32,000 bases of DNA from Mycobacterium tuberculosis H37Rv (lineage in GTDB: Bacteria > Actinomycetota > Actinomycetes > Mycobacteriales > Mycobacteriaceae): positions 2,100,001-2,132,000 of the forward strand of contig NC_000962.3 in NCBI RefSeq assembly GCF_000195955.2, written 5' to 3'. Below the pieces are notes generated by a model. It was given only the letters and a program-made list of their open reading frames with translations. It was not told where the DNA came from and searched no databases. Made by a program: the position numbers and the translations under genes. Positions 1 through 9,543 of the stretch are shown one piece after another; the first letter of the stretch is position 1, and each line of letters opens with the position of its first letter.

Positions 1-329
1 GGGTGTGGCCCGATTCCGGCTGGGAGGAACTGGGCCCGAGGCCGCATCTGGCGGTTGTGGCCGGACGGGTCGGCGCGCTGAGCGGGCTGGCGCCCGAGCA
101 CAACGCCTTGCACCTCGTCTACATCACAATGACCGGCTCGGCCATCGCCGCCCAGCGACTGCTGGCGCTAGATCCCGCCGAAGTGACCGTGGTGACCTTC
201 CAGCTGTCCGAACTGTGCGAGCAGATCGCGCAGGAGGCCACAGCCGGACTGGCAGACTTGTCTGATCCGCTGCTGGACACGCTCGCCCAGCGGCATGACG
301 AGCGCGTGCGTCCCCTGTTCGTTTCCTGA
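1..329 (+). CDS. ureF: Urease accessory protein UreF, C-terminal part (5' truncated by window edge)
   Basis: Open frame ending at 329 with ...HNALHLVYITMTGSAIAAQRLLALDP...LSDPLLDTLAQRHDERVRPLFVS; directly followed by ureG and ureD. Confidence 0.93.
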   Translation, partial: VWPDSGWEELGPRPHLAVVAGRVGALSGLAPEHNALHLVYITMTGSAIAAQRLLALDPAEVTVVTFQLSELCEQIAQEATAGLADLSDPLLDTLAQRHDERVRPLFVS

Positions 330-339
330 AAGGTAAGGC

Positions 340-1014
340 ATGGCAACGCATTCCCATCCCCACTCGCACACCGTGCCCGCTCGGCCAAGGCGGGTCCGCA
401 AACCGGGCGAGCCACTGCGCATCGGCGTCGGCGGCCCGGTCGGCTCCGGCAAGACCGCACTGGTGGCGGCGCTGTGCCGGCAATTGCGGGGAGAGCTGTC
501 GCTGGCGGTGCTGACCAACGACATCTACACCACCGAAGACGCCGACTTCTTGCGCACACATGCGGTGCTGCCAGACGACCGGATCGCGGCCGTGCAGACC
601 GGCGGCTGCCCGCACACCGCGATCCGCGACGACATCACCGCCAACCTGGATGCGATCGACGAGTTGATGGCCGCCCACGACGCGTTGGACCTGATCCTGG
701 TCGAATCCGGCGGCGATAACCTCACGGCCACCTTCTCTTCGGGGCTGGTGGATGCGCAGATCTTCGTCATTGACGTTGCCGGCGGCGACAAGGTGCCGCG
801 CAAGGGCGGGCCGGGGGTGACCTATTCGGATTTGTTGGTAGTCAACAAGACTGACCTGGCTGCATTGGTGGGCGCCGACCTGGCGGTGATGGCCCGCGAT
901 GCGGACGCGGTGCGCGACGGCCGCCCGACGGTGCTGCAATCGTTGACCGAGGACCCAGCTGCCAGCGATGTCGTGGCCTGGGTTCGTAGTCAACTGGCCG
1001 CCGATGGAGTCTAG
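340..1014 (+). CDS. ureG: Urease accessory GTPase UreG, 224 aa
   Basis: P-loop [12 protein letters not shown], His-rich N-terminus ([12 protein letters not shown]), VVNKTDLA GTPase motif, [23 protein letters not shown] signature. Confidence 0.98.
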   Translation: MATHSHPHSHTVPARPRRVRKPGEPLRIGVGGPVGSGKTALVAALCRQLRGELSLAVLTNDIYTTEDADFLRTHAVLPDDRIAAVQTGGCPHTAIRDDITANLDAIDELMAAHDALDLILVESGGDNLTATFSSGLVDAQIFVIDVAGGDKVPRKGGPGVTYSDLLVVNKTDLAALVGADLAVMARDADAVRDGRPTVLQSLTEDPAASDVVAWVRSQLAADGV

Positions 1015-1021
1015 TGTTCTG

Positions 1022-1648
1022 GTGGTCGCGTCGCCGAATCGGTTGCCGCGCATCGACTGTCGGGGCGGTGTCCAGGCACGCCGAACCGCGCCCGACACGG
1101 TGCACCTGGTGTCGGCGGCCGCGACCCCGCTGGGCGGTGACACCATGAGAATCCGGGTGATCGTGGAACGGGGTGCCCAGCTACGGCTGCGTAGTGCCGC
1201 CGCGACGGTGGCCTTGCCCGGCGTGGATACCCTGACGTCGCATGCTCACTGGGAGATCGACGTGACCGGCACCCTGGATGTGGACCTGGAGCCGACGGTC
1301 GTCGCCGCCTCAGCCCGGCATCTGTCGCATGCCACCTTGCGCCTGCACGACGACGGTCGGGTCCGCTTGCGCGAGCGCGTGCAGATTGGCAGATGCAATG
1401 AGCGCGAAGGATTTTGGTCGTCATCGCTGCAGGCCGATCGGCATGGTCGTCCCCTGCTGCGGCACCGGGTGGAACTGGGTGCCGGGTCTTTGGCCGACGA
1501 CGTCATTGCGGCGCCGCGCGCCACTATCAGCGAGCTGCGCTATCCGGCGACGGCATTCACCGACGCCATCGACGCACGGTCGACCGTTTTGGCGTTGGCG
1601 GGTGGCGGAACACTGAGTACCTGGCAGGCTGACCGGTTGCCTGGCTAA
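1022..1648 (+). CDS. ureD: Urease accessory protein UreD (208 aa from GTG at 1022; frame is open back to 968)
   Basis: Follows ureG; frame contains GGDTMRIRVIVERGAQLRLRSAAATVALPG and LRHRVELGAGSLADDVIAAP typical of UreD/UreH. Start uncertain. Confidence 0.9.
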   Translation: MVASPNRLPRIDCRGGVQARRTAPDTVHLVSAAATPLGGDTMRIRVIVERGAQLRLRSAAATVALPGVDTLTSHAHWEIDVTGTLDVDLEPTVVAASARHLSHATLRLHDDGRVRLRERVQIGRCNEREGFWSSSLQADRHGRPLLRHRVELGAGSLADDVIAAPRATISELRYPATAFTDAIDARSTVLALAGGGTLSTWQADRLPG

Positions 1649-1650
1649 CG

Positions 1651-3042
1651 CTAGCTGGCCACCTTAGCGCTTGCCGCTGAGCCCTGCGCCTCGGCGGCCA
1701 GCTCGGCCAGCTGTTCGAGCCGCGTTCGCGCAAATGCCTGCTGGTCGGTGATGGTCAGCTGGCCGCGGCGAGTACTGAGGAAAGTCACCGTCCACGACAG
1801 CAGAGTGGTGATCTTGGTCTTGAACCCGATCAGGTACGCCAGGTGCAGCACCAGCCAAATCAGCCAGGCGATAAAGCCGCTGAACTCAACGGGACCGATC
1901 TTGGCCACCGCCGAAAACCTCGAAACCGTGGCCATCGATCCCTTGTCGAAGTACTGGAATGGCTCACGCTCCGCCGGGTTGGCGCCGGCCAGTTCGGCCT
2001 TGATCGTGCTGGCGACGTATTTCGCCCCCTGGATGGCGCCCTGCGCCACACCCGGCACACCCTCCACAGCGGCCATATCGCCCACCACGAACACGTTCGG
2101 GTACCCGGGAATGGACAGGTCGGGCAGCACTTGGACCCGGCCGGCCCGGTCGAGCTCAACCCGTGATTGCTCGGCAAGGTCCCTGCCCAACCGACTGGCC
2201 GAAACCCCGGCCGACCAGACCTTGCAGGCCGACTCGATGCGCCGGACGGTGCCGTCGGAGTCCTTGACGGTGATGCCGTTGCGGTCGACGTCGGTGACCA
2301 TCGCACCCAGCTGGATTTCCACGCCCAGCTTCTGCAACCGGGCAGCCGCCCGCTGACCGAGCTTTGCGCCCATCGGTGGCAGCACCGCCGGGGCGGCGTC
2401 AAGCAGAATCACCCGCGCCTTGGTCGAGTCGATGTGCCGGAATGCGCCCTTCAACGTGTGCTCGGCCAGCTCGGCGATCTGTCCGGCCATTTCAACACCG
2501 GTGGGGCCAGCCCCGACAACGGTGAATGTCAGTAGCTTGGCCCGCCGTTCCGGATCGCTGGACCGTTCGGCTTGCTCGAAAGCGCTCAATATGCGGCCAC
2601 GCAACTCCAACGCGTCGTCGATGGACTTCATGCCGGGTGCGAATTCGGCGAAATGGTCGTTGCCGAAATAAGACTGGCCAGCACCCGCGGCGACGATCAG
2701 GCTGTCGTAGGGGGTTTGGTAGGTGTGACCGAGCAATTCCGAGACGACGCACTGCCCGGCCAGGTCGATGTGGGTGACGTTGCCCAACAGTACCTGGACA
2801 TTGCGCTGCTTACGCAGCACGACCCGGGTCGGCGGAGCGATTTCTCCCTCGGAGATAATCCCGGTGGCCACTTGGTACAGCAGCGGCTGGAACAGGTGAT
2901 GGGTGGTGCGCGCGATCAGCTTGATGTCAACGTCGGCCCGCTTGAGCTTCTTTGCCGCGTTTAGCCCGCCGAACCCAGATCCGATGATCACAACTCGATG
3001 CCTACGAGGTGGTTGCGCTGTGGGTTCTTGCTGGGGACTCAT
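1651..3042 (-). CDS. ndh: Type II NADH dehydrogenase, 463 aa
   Basis: RHRVVIIGSGFGGLNAAKKL FAD motif, VVGAGPTGVEMAGQIAEL NADH motif, membrane-associated C-terminus. Confidence 0.97.
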   Translation of the reverse strand: MSPQQEPTAQPPRRHRVVIIGSGFGGLNAAKKLKRADVDIKLIARTTHHLFQPLLYQVATGIISEGEIAPPTRVVLRKQRNVQVLLGNVTHIDLAGQCVVSELLGHTYQTPYDSLIVAAGAGQSYFGNDHFAEFAPGMKSIDDALELRGRILSAFEQAERSSDPERRAKLLTFTVVGAGPTGVEMAGQIAELAEHTLKGAFRHIDSTKARVILLDAAPAVLPPMGAKLGQRAAARLQKLGVEIQLGAMVTDVDRNGITVKDSDGTVRRIESACKVWSAGVSASRLGRDLAEQSRVELDRAGRVQVLPDLSIPGYPNVFVVGDMAAVEGVPGVAQGAIQGAKYVASTIKAELAGANPAEREPFQYFDKGSMATVSRFSAVAKIGPVEFSGFIAWLIWLVLHLAYLIGFKTKITTLLSWTVTFLSTRRGQLTITDQQAFARTRLEQLAELAAEAQGSAASAKVAS

Positions 3043-3183
3043 GTTCCGCTGCTCCTGACGGGGTCACCTCGATGAGCGAGTTCAGTTAGCTACTACGGTA
3101 GTCAACCCGACCGCTGCAGGCCCAGTTGAGGACATGTGTCATCAGCCACACCACAGCGTGCCTGCGTCACCGGCCCCCGGTGG

Positions 3184-4107
3184 CTACACACCCAGCAGCG
3201 GGCGCAGCGCTTCAGCGGCGGTGGTGATGACCCCGGGCAGATAGCCGTGCGGAGCCAAGTTGATGATTAATCCGTCGACACCGGCATCGAGCACCTTGGC
3301 CTGAATTTGGTCGGCGATCTGTGCCGGGCTGCCCACCACCACGCGACCGCTCATCTCCGCGGGAATCGCATCTGGCGAGAGTGTCTCGTCGATCATCACC
3401 GTCAACAGCAGGCTGGTCTGAAGCGTCGACCGGTCCCGGCCGGCCTCGTCGCACCGCGCGGCCAGCGCCCGCATCTTGCGCGGCAGCTCGTCGACCGCCG
3501 CCACGATGTTGAGATGGTCGGCAAAGCGGGCGGCGATCGCGAATGTCTTTTTCTCACCACCGCCGCCGATCAAGATTGGGATGCGGTCGCGATACCGCGG
3601 CTCGGCCATCGCCGATTCGGTGGTGTACCAATCGCCGAAAAACGTTGGGCGCTCACCCTTGACCATTGGCTCGAGGATCTGTAGCGCCTCTTCGAGCCGG
3701 TTGAACCGGTCACTGAAAGTGCCGAACTCGAAGCCGAGCTGGCGGTGTTCCAGCTCAAACCAACCGGCTCCAATGCCGAGGATCGCTCGACCGGCGCTAA
3801 CCACGTCGAGCGTGGTGATGATCTTTGCCAGCAGGGTCGGGCTGCGGTAGGTATTGCCGGTCACCAACGCGCCCAGTTGCAGCCGCTCGGTCGCCGTGGC
3901 CAGCGCACCAAGGGCCGTGTAGGCCTCCAGCATCGGCTGGTCGGGCGTCCCCAACATGGGCAGTTGGTAGAAGTGGTCCATCACAAACAGGGAGTCGTAA
4001 CCAGCCGCTTCGGCCTCACGCGCTTGAGCGATGACGGACGGGAAAAGCTTCTCCACCCCTGTGCCGTAGGAGAAGTTGGGGATCTGTAGACCCAGCCGAA
4101 TAGTCAC
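3184..4107 (-). CDS. LLM-class (probably F420-dependent) oxidoreductase, 307 aa
   Basis: From GTG at 4107: MTIRLGLQIPNFSYG...FLVMDHFYQLP-type luciferase-like motifs, GIGAGWFELEHRQLGFEFGTFSDRFNRLEEAL. Confidence 0.92.
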   Translation of the reverse strand: MTIRLGLQIPNFSYGTGVEKLFPSVIAQAREAEAAGYDSLFVMDHFYQLPMLGTPDQPMLEAYTALGALATATERLQLGALVTGNTYRSPTLLAKIITTLDVVSAGRAILGIGAGWFELEHRQLGFEFGTFSDRFNRLEEALQILEPMVKGERPTFFGDWYTTESAMAEPRYRDRIPILIGGGGEKKTFAIAARFADHLNIVAAVDELPRKMRALAARCDEAGRDRSTLQTSLLLTVMIDETLSPDAIPAEMSGRVVVGSPAQIADQIQAKVLDAGVDGLIINLAPHGYLPGVITTAAEALRPLLGV

Positions 4108-4145
4108 ACTACCTACCGTAGCGATCGGCCGGTGAAGCGAAAGGT

Positions 4146-4823
4146 TCAGCCGAAGTGAGCCAGCGCGCCGTGGCTGACGTGCAGCGTCTGGCCGGTGATG
4201 TGGCGAGCCGCAGGGGTGGTAAGGAACAGCGCCAGCCGCGCAATCTCGGCCGCGACGGGCGCGGGTGTGCGCGAAAGCCCTTCGTAACCGGTCTGCACGC
4301 TGCGGCCGCAAGCGACTGTATTGATGGTGATCCCGCGCGTGCCGAAAACGGCGGCCTGGCCCGCGATCCAATTCGAGAGGGCCGCTTTGATCGCGGACTC
4401 GGCGCCACCGGCAGGCGGGTTCTCCGCCACCACGCTGACAATCGAGCCGCCGGAGCGCAGGTGATCGCCCACGGATTGCACCGTCAGCACCACCGAGAGC
4501 ACCGTCGCGTCGAGCGCATTGCGCCAGGCGTTGGCCGTGTCGGACACCGAGTAGGCGCGCGGGTCACCGGCATCCCAGGACGGCGCTGGCACGTTGACGA
4601 TGGTGTCCAGGTGACGGGGGAACAGTCCCCGTGCCTCGGTGAGGCTGGTCGGGTCGGTGGTGTCGCACACAACGGCGTCCACGTCGAGTTCCTTCGCGGC
4701 GACCTCGAGGTCGCCGCGGCGGGCACCCACCAGGGTGACCTTGTGGCCGTCGTTGCGAAAGCCTTCAGCCATTGTGCGCCCGAGATCGGTATCCCCGCCG
4801 GTGACCAGCACCTCCACTGCCAT
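4146..4823 (-). CDS. Short-chain dehydrogenase/reductase-fold protein with degenerate active-site motif, 225 aa
   Basis: EVLVTGGDTDLGRTMAEGF, GGSIVSVV, SDR-like C-terminus LALFLTTPAARHITGQTLHVSHG. Confidence 0.88.
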   Translation of the reverse strand: MAVEVLVTGGDTDLGRTMAEGFRNDGHKVTLVGARRGDLEVAAKELDVDAVVCDTTDPTSLTEARGLFPRHLDTIVNVPAPSWDAGDPRAYSVSDTANAWRNALDATVLSVVLTVQSVGDHLRSGGSIVSVVAENPPAGGAESAIKAALSNWIAGQAAVFGTRGITINTVACGRSVQTGYEGLSRTPAPVAAEIARLALFLTTPAARHITGQTLHVSHGALAHFG

Positions 4824-4984
4824 GACCTCCTCGTGTTCAACGCTGAACCCAGACCCTGGACCGTTGCCTGGAATCGCATCGTGATGGCGTAAGCTCCGGT
4901 AGATGTTACTGGACAGTAGCTATTCGGGGAAACTCCGCACCGCCACGACGCGCAGACGATCTTGGTAACCATTAGGTTTGGCCA

Positions 4985-5770
4985 GTGCGTTGGATCGGAC
5001 TGTCAACTGGCCTAGTGTCAGCGATGCTGGTCGCGGGCCTGGTGGCATGTGGATCGAATTCACCCGCATCGTCGCCAGCCGGGCCGACGCAGGGTGCCCG
5101 GTCGATCGTGGTGTTCGCGGCTGCCTCGCTGCAGTCTGCGTTCACTCAGATCGGTGAGCAGTTCAAAGCCGGCAACCCAGGGGTTAACGTCAACTTCGCT
5201 TTCGCTGGTTCTTCTGAGTTGGCCACCCAGCTGACCCAGGGCGCGACCGCCGACGTCTTTGCATCTGCGGACACCGCGCAAATGGACAGTGTGGCCAAGG
5301 CGGGGTTGCTGGCCGGTCATCCGACAAACTTCGCCACCAACACGATGGTCATCGTTGCCGCCGCAGGCAATCCCAAGAAGATCCGATCTTTTGCCGACCT
5401 CACGCGGCCGGGGCTCAACGTGGTGGTCTGCCAGCCGTCGGTGCCATGCGGATCGGCGACCCGGCGCATCGAAGATGCAACCGGGATTCATCTCAACCCG
5501 GTCAGTGAGGAACTTAGCGTGACCGACGTTCTGAACAAGGTCATCACCGGGCAAGCCGATGCCGGGCTGGTCTATGTCAGTGACGCGCTCAGCGTTGCCA
5601 CCAAAGTGACGTGTGTCAGATTTCCCGAAGCCGCGGGTGTGGTCAATGTCTACGCCATCGCGGTGCTAAAGCGGACCTCCCAGCCCGCTCTGGCCCGGCA
5701 GTTCGTGGCCATGGTGACCGCTGCGGCAGGTCGGCGGATCCTGGATCAGTCGGGTTTCGCCAAGCCCTGA
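4985..5770 (+). CDS. modA: Molybdate ABC transporter substrate-binding lipoprotein ModA, 261 aa
   Basis: Lipobox [56 protein letters not shown]. Confidence 0.96.
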
Positions 5771-5772
5771 CG

Positions 5773-6567
5773 ATGCACCCGCCTACGGATCTGCCTCGTT
5801 GGGTATATCTCCCGGCGATCGCGGGGATCGTGTTCGTGGCAATGCCGCTGGTCGCGATCGCCATCCGGGTCGATTGGCCGCGTTTCTGGGCGCTGATCAC
5901 TACTCCGTCTTCTCAAACGGCCCTGCTGTTGAGCGTGAAGACCGCCGCGGCCAGCACGGTGCTGTGCGTACTGCTGGGCGTCCCGATGGCGCTGGTGCTG
6001 GCCCGCAGCCGCGGACGACTGGTGCGGTCGTTACGACCGCTGATCCTGTTACCGCTGGTGCTGCCGCCGGTAGTCGGGGGTATCGCGTTGCTCTACGCGT
6101 TCGGCCGGCTCGGCCTGATCGGGCGCTACCTGGAGGCGGCCGGCATCAGCATCGCATTCAGTACCGCGGCTGTGGTGCTGGCGCAGACCTTTGTCTCGCT
6201 GCCGTATCTGGTGATTTCCCTAGAGGGTGCAGCCCGCACCGCCGGAGCCGACTACGAGGTGGTGGCGGCGACACTTGGGGCGCGGCCCGGCACTGTCTGG
6301 TGGCGCGTGACCCTGCCGTTGCTGCTCCCGGGCGTGGTGTCCGGATCAGTACTGGCGTTTGCCCGCTCGCTCGGAGAGTTTGGCGCGACCCTAACCTTTG
6401 CCGGTTCCCGGCAAGGGGTCACCCGTACCCTTCCGCTGGAGATTTACCTGCAGCGGGTGACCGATCCGGACGCGGCGGTGGCATTGTCACTGCTGCTCGT
6501 TGTGGTAGCGGCACTGGTGGTGCTGGGTGTGGGTGCTCGTACGCCGATCGGGACCGATACCAGGTAG
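5773..6567 (+). CDS. modB: Molybdate ABC transporter permease ModB, 264 aa
   Basis: From ATG 5773; multiple TM helices; EAA motif [30 protein letters not shown]; two bp downstream of modA stop. Confidence 0.96.
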
Positions 6568-6573
6568 CCGGTC

Positions 6574-7683
6574 ATGAGCAAGCTGCAGCTGCGCGCGGTC
6601 GTCGCCGACCGGCGTTTGGACGTCGAATTCTCGGTGTCCGCGGGCGAGGTGCTTGCAGTGCTCGGGCCCAACGGTGCGGGCAAGTCCACCGCCCTGCATG
6701 TTATCGCGGGGCTGCTTCGCCCCGACGCGGGCTTGGTACGTTTGGGGGACCGGGTGTTGACCGACACCGAGGCCGGGGTGAATGTGGCGACCCACGACCG
6801 TCGAGTCGGGCTGCTGTTGCAAGACCCGTTGTTGTTTCCACACCTGAGCGTGGCCAAAAACGTGGCCTTCGGACCACAATGCCGTCGCGGGATGTTTGGG
6901 TCCGGGCGCGCTAGGACAAGGGCGTCGGCACTGCGATGGCTGCGCGAGGTGAACGCCGAGCAGTTCGCCGACCGTAAGCCTCGTCAGCTATCCGGGGGCC
7001 AAGCCCAGCGCGTCGCCATCGCGCGAGCGTTGGCGGCCGAACCGGATGTGTTGCTGCTCGACGAGCCGCTGACCGGACTCGATGTGGCCGCGGCCGCGGG
7101 TATCCGTTCGGTGTTGCGTAGTGTCGTCGCGAGGAGCGGTTGCGCGGTAGTCCTGACGACCCATGACCTGCTGGACGTGTTCACGCTGGCCGACCGGGTA
7201 TTGGTGCTCGAGTCCGGCACGATCGCCGAGATCGGCCCGGTTGCCGATGTGCTTACCGCACCTCGCAGTCGTTTCGGAGCCCGTATCGCCGGAGTCAACC
7301 TGGTCAATGGGACCATTGGTCCGGACGGCTCGCTGCGCACCCAGTCCGGCGCCCACTGGTACGGCACCCCGGTCCAGGATTTGCCTACTGGGCATGAGGC
7401 AATCGCGGTGTTCCCGCCGACGGCGGTGGCGGTGTATCCGGAACCGCCGCACGGAAGCCCGCGCAATATCGTCGGGCTGACGGTGGCGGAGGTGGATACC
7501 CGCGGACCCACGGTCCTGGTGCGCGGGCATGATCAGCCTGGTGGCGCGCCTGGCCTTGCCGCATGCATCACCGTCGATGCCGCCACCGAACTGCGTGTGG
7601 CGCCCGGATCGCGCGTGTGGTTCAGCGTCAAGGCGCAGGAAGTGGCCCTGCACCCGGCACCCCACCAACACGCCAGTTCATGA
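6574..7683 (+). CDS. modC: Molybdate ABC transporter ATP-binding protein ModC, 369 aa
   Basis: Walker A LGPNGAGKST, signature LSGGQAQRVAIARALA, Walker B DVLLLDEPLTGLD, C-terminal molybdate-binding-like domain. Confidence 0.96.
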   Translation: MSKLQLRAVVADRRLDVEFSVSAGEVLAVLGPNGAGKSTALHVIAGLLRPDAGLVRLGDRVLTDTEAGVNVATHDRRVGLLLQDPLLFPHLSVAKNVAFGPQCRRGMFGSGRARTRASALRWLREVNAEQFADRKPRQLSGGQAQRVAIARALAAEPDVLLLDEPLTGLDVAAAAGIRSVLRSVVARSGCAVVLTTHDLLDVFTLADRVLVLESGTIAEIGPVADVLTAPRSRFGARIAGVNLVNGTIGPDGSLRTQSGAHWYGTPVQDLPTGHEAIAVFPPTAVAVYPEPPHGSPRNIVGLTVAEVDTRGPTVLVRGHDQPGGAPGLAACITVDAATELRVAPGSRVWFSVKAQEVALHPAPHQHASS

Positions 7684-7735
7684 GCCGACCCGCGCCGTCC
7701 TTGCGTCGCGCCGTTAACACGGTAGGTTCTTCGCC

Positions 7736-8713
7736 ATGCATCAGGTGGACCCCAACTTGACACGTCGCAAGGGACGATTGGCGGCACTGGCTATCGCGGC
7801 GATGGCCAGCGCCAGCCTGGTGACCGTTGCGGTGCCCGCGACCGCCAACGCCGATCCGGAGCCAGCGCCCCCGGTACCCACAACGGCCGCCTCGCCGCCG
7901 TCGACCGCTGCAGCGCCACCCGCACCGGCGACACCTGTTGCCCCCCCACCACCGGCCGCCGCCAACACGCCGAATGCCCAGCCGGGCGATCCCAACGCAG
8001 CACCTCCGCCGGCCGACCCGAACGCACCGCCGCCACCTGTCATTGCCCCAAACGCACCCCAACCTGTCCGGATCGACAACCCGGTTGGAGGATTCAGCTT
8101 CGCGCTGCCTGCTGGCTGGGTGGAGTCTGACGCCGCCCACTTCGACTACGGTTCAGCACTCCTCAGCAAAACCACCGGGGACCCGCCATTTCCCGGACAG
8201 CCGCCGCCGGTGGCCAATGACACCCGTATCGTGCTCGGCCGGCTAGACCAAAAGCTTTACGCCAGCGCCGAAGCCACCGACTCCAAGGCCGCGGCCCGGT
8301 TGGGCTCGGACATGGGTGAGTTCTATATGCCCTACCCGGGCACCCGGATCAACCAGGAAACCGTCTCGCTCGACGCCAACGGGGTGTCTGGAAGCGCGTC
8401 GTATTACGAAGTCAAGTTCAGCGATCCGAGTAAGCCGAACGGCCAGATCTGGACGGGCGTAATCGGCTCGCCCGCGGCGAACGCACCGGACGCCGGGCCC
8501 CCTCAGCGCTGGTTTGTGGTATGGCTCGGGACCGCCAACAACCCGGTGGACAAGGGCGCGGCCAAGGCGCTGGCCGAATCGATCCGGCCTTTGGTCGCCC
8601 CGCCGCCGGCGCCGGCACCGGCTCCTGCAGAGCCCGCTCCGGCGCCGGCGCCGGCCGGGGAAGTCGCTCCTACCCCGACGACACCGACACCGCAGCGGAC
8701 CTTACCGGCCTGA
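7736..8713 (+). CDS. apa: Alanine/proline-rich secreted glycoprotein Apa (MPT32, 45/47 kDa antigen), 325 aa
   Basis: Signal-peptide-like N-terminus, Pro/Ala-rich flanks ([16 protein letters not shown]..., ...[32 protein letters not shown]), central [21 protein letters not shown] domain. Confidence 0.97.
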   Translation: MHQVDPNLTRRKGRLAALAIAAMASASLVTVAVPATANADPEPAPPVPTTAASPPSTAAAPPAPATPVAPPPPAAANTPNAQPGDPNAAPPPADPNAPPPPVIAPNAPQPVRIDNPVGGFSFALPAGWVESDAAHFDYGSALLSKTTGDPPFPGQPPPVANDTRIVLGRLDQKLYASAEATDSKAAARLGSDMGEFYMPYPGTRINQETVSLDANGVSGSASYYEVKFSDPSKPNGQIWTGVIGSPAANAPDAGPPQRWFVVWLGTANNPVDKGAAKALAESIRPLVAPPPAPAPAPAEPAPAPAPAGEVAPTPTTPTPQRTLPA

Positions 8714-8734
8714 CCGGATCCGGCCGCACCCCAA

Positions 8735-8757
8735 GTGATACCCCTGGGCGGGGTGTC
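8735..8757 (+). terminator. Hairpin after apa (9-bp stem, 5-nt loop, no U-tract)
   Basis: TGATACCCC-TGGGC-GGGGTGTCA, one G-T wobble, 21 nt after the apa stop. Confidence 0.5.
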
Positions 8758-9010
8758 AGCGCGGCCGGGCGCTCTTGAGCCGGCGCAGCGGCGTCCATGG
8801 AGCGCCGCCGGCCAACGCGGCGTTCTTGGCGCCGGCGCGAACGTTGTTCAGGTGCCAACCGGTGGTGGGTCGTGGTTGGCGACTTGTACAGCTTCCGGTT
8901 CTCCATAGGTCGCGCCGGGGACGGGCAGCGGGTCGTGTGCGCGTCTTTCAGTGCACCGTGCGAAACGCCGACACCGTTGAACTCCACCTGAAAGCACCGC
9001 TGAACAGCAG

Positions 9011-9040
9011 AAAAGCGCCCACGAAAACACCGTGGGGCGC
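9011..9040 (-). terminator. Minus-strand intrinsic-terminator-like hairpin followed by U4
   Basis: Minus strand reads GCGCCCCACG-GTGTTTT-CGTGGGCGC-TTTT: 9 bp stem with a single-base bulge, then four Ts. No recognised minus-strand gene lies immediately upstream. Confidence 0.4.
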
Positions 9041-9164
9041 CACACACGTTTGATCACGCCACAACCCACCGACACCGTCACTACCCTCAAATCGTTACGC
9101 AGAAGCGGTATACCGATATCACGGCCCTGTGCTGGGCTAAGCCAGCGTCTGCAAGGAGAACCGC

Positions 9165-9470
9165 ATGGACATCACGGCAACAACCGAATTTTCCGCCATG
9201 AACCTCGACGGCAAGACGGGTATAGGTTGGCTCGGCTACATCGTCATCGGCGGTATCGCCGGCTGGCTCGCCAGCAAGATCGTTAAGGGGGGCGGCTCGG
9301 GCATCCTGATGAACGTTGTGATCGGCGTCGTCGGGGCATTCGGCGCCGGCTTGGTCCTTAACGCGCTGGGCGTCGACGTCAACCATGGCGGGTACTGGTT
9401 CACCTTCTTCGTCGCCCTGGGCGGGGCTGTCGTCCTGCTGTGGATCGTCGGCATGGTGCGCAAGACCTAG
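9165..9470 (+). CDS. Small membrane protein, GlsB/YeaQ/YmgE (transglycosylase-associated) family-like, 101 aa
   Basis: Three hydrophobic helices with IGWLGYIVIGGIAGWLASKIVKGGGSGILMNVVIGVVGAFGAG; AAGGAG ribosome-binding site upstream of the ATG. Confidence 0.9.
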   Translation: MDITATTEFSAMNLDGKTGIGWLGYIVIGGIAGWLASKIVKGGGSGILMNVVIGVVGAFGAGLVLNALGVDVNHGGYWFTFFVALGGAVVLLWIVGMVRKT

Positions 9471-9543
9471 CGCCAAACTGTTGTCGGCCATGCAAATTGA
9501 GTGTGACTGCGGCGGCCGGCGACGGTAGCGGCATGATGGAGTG

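Noticed and set aside
3184-4371. 395 aa minus-strand ORF extending the oxidoreductase upstream by 88 codons
   Set aside because: The family N-terminus MTIRLGLQIPNF starts at GTG 4107; the upstream extension is low-complexity Arg/Pro/Ala and overlaps the SDR gene out of frame.
5799-6914. 371 aa alternative-frame ORF overlapping modB and modC
   Set aside because: Overlaps two strongly supported genes; no independent motifs.
7830-8700. Pro/Ala-rich repetitive coding sequence as a possible repeat element or recent expansion
   Set aside because: It belongs to the known proline/alanine-rich termini of the Apa glycoprotein and needs no extra explanation.
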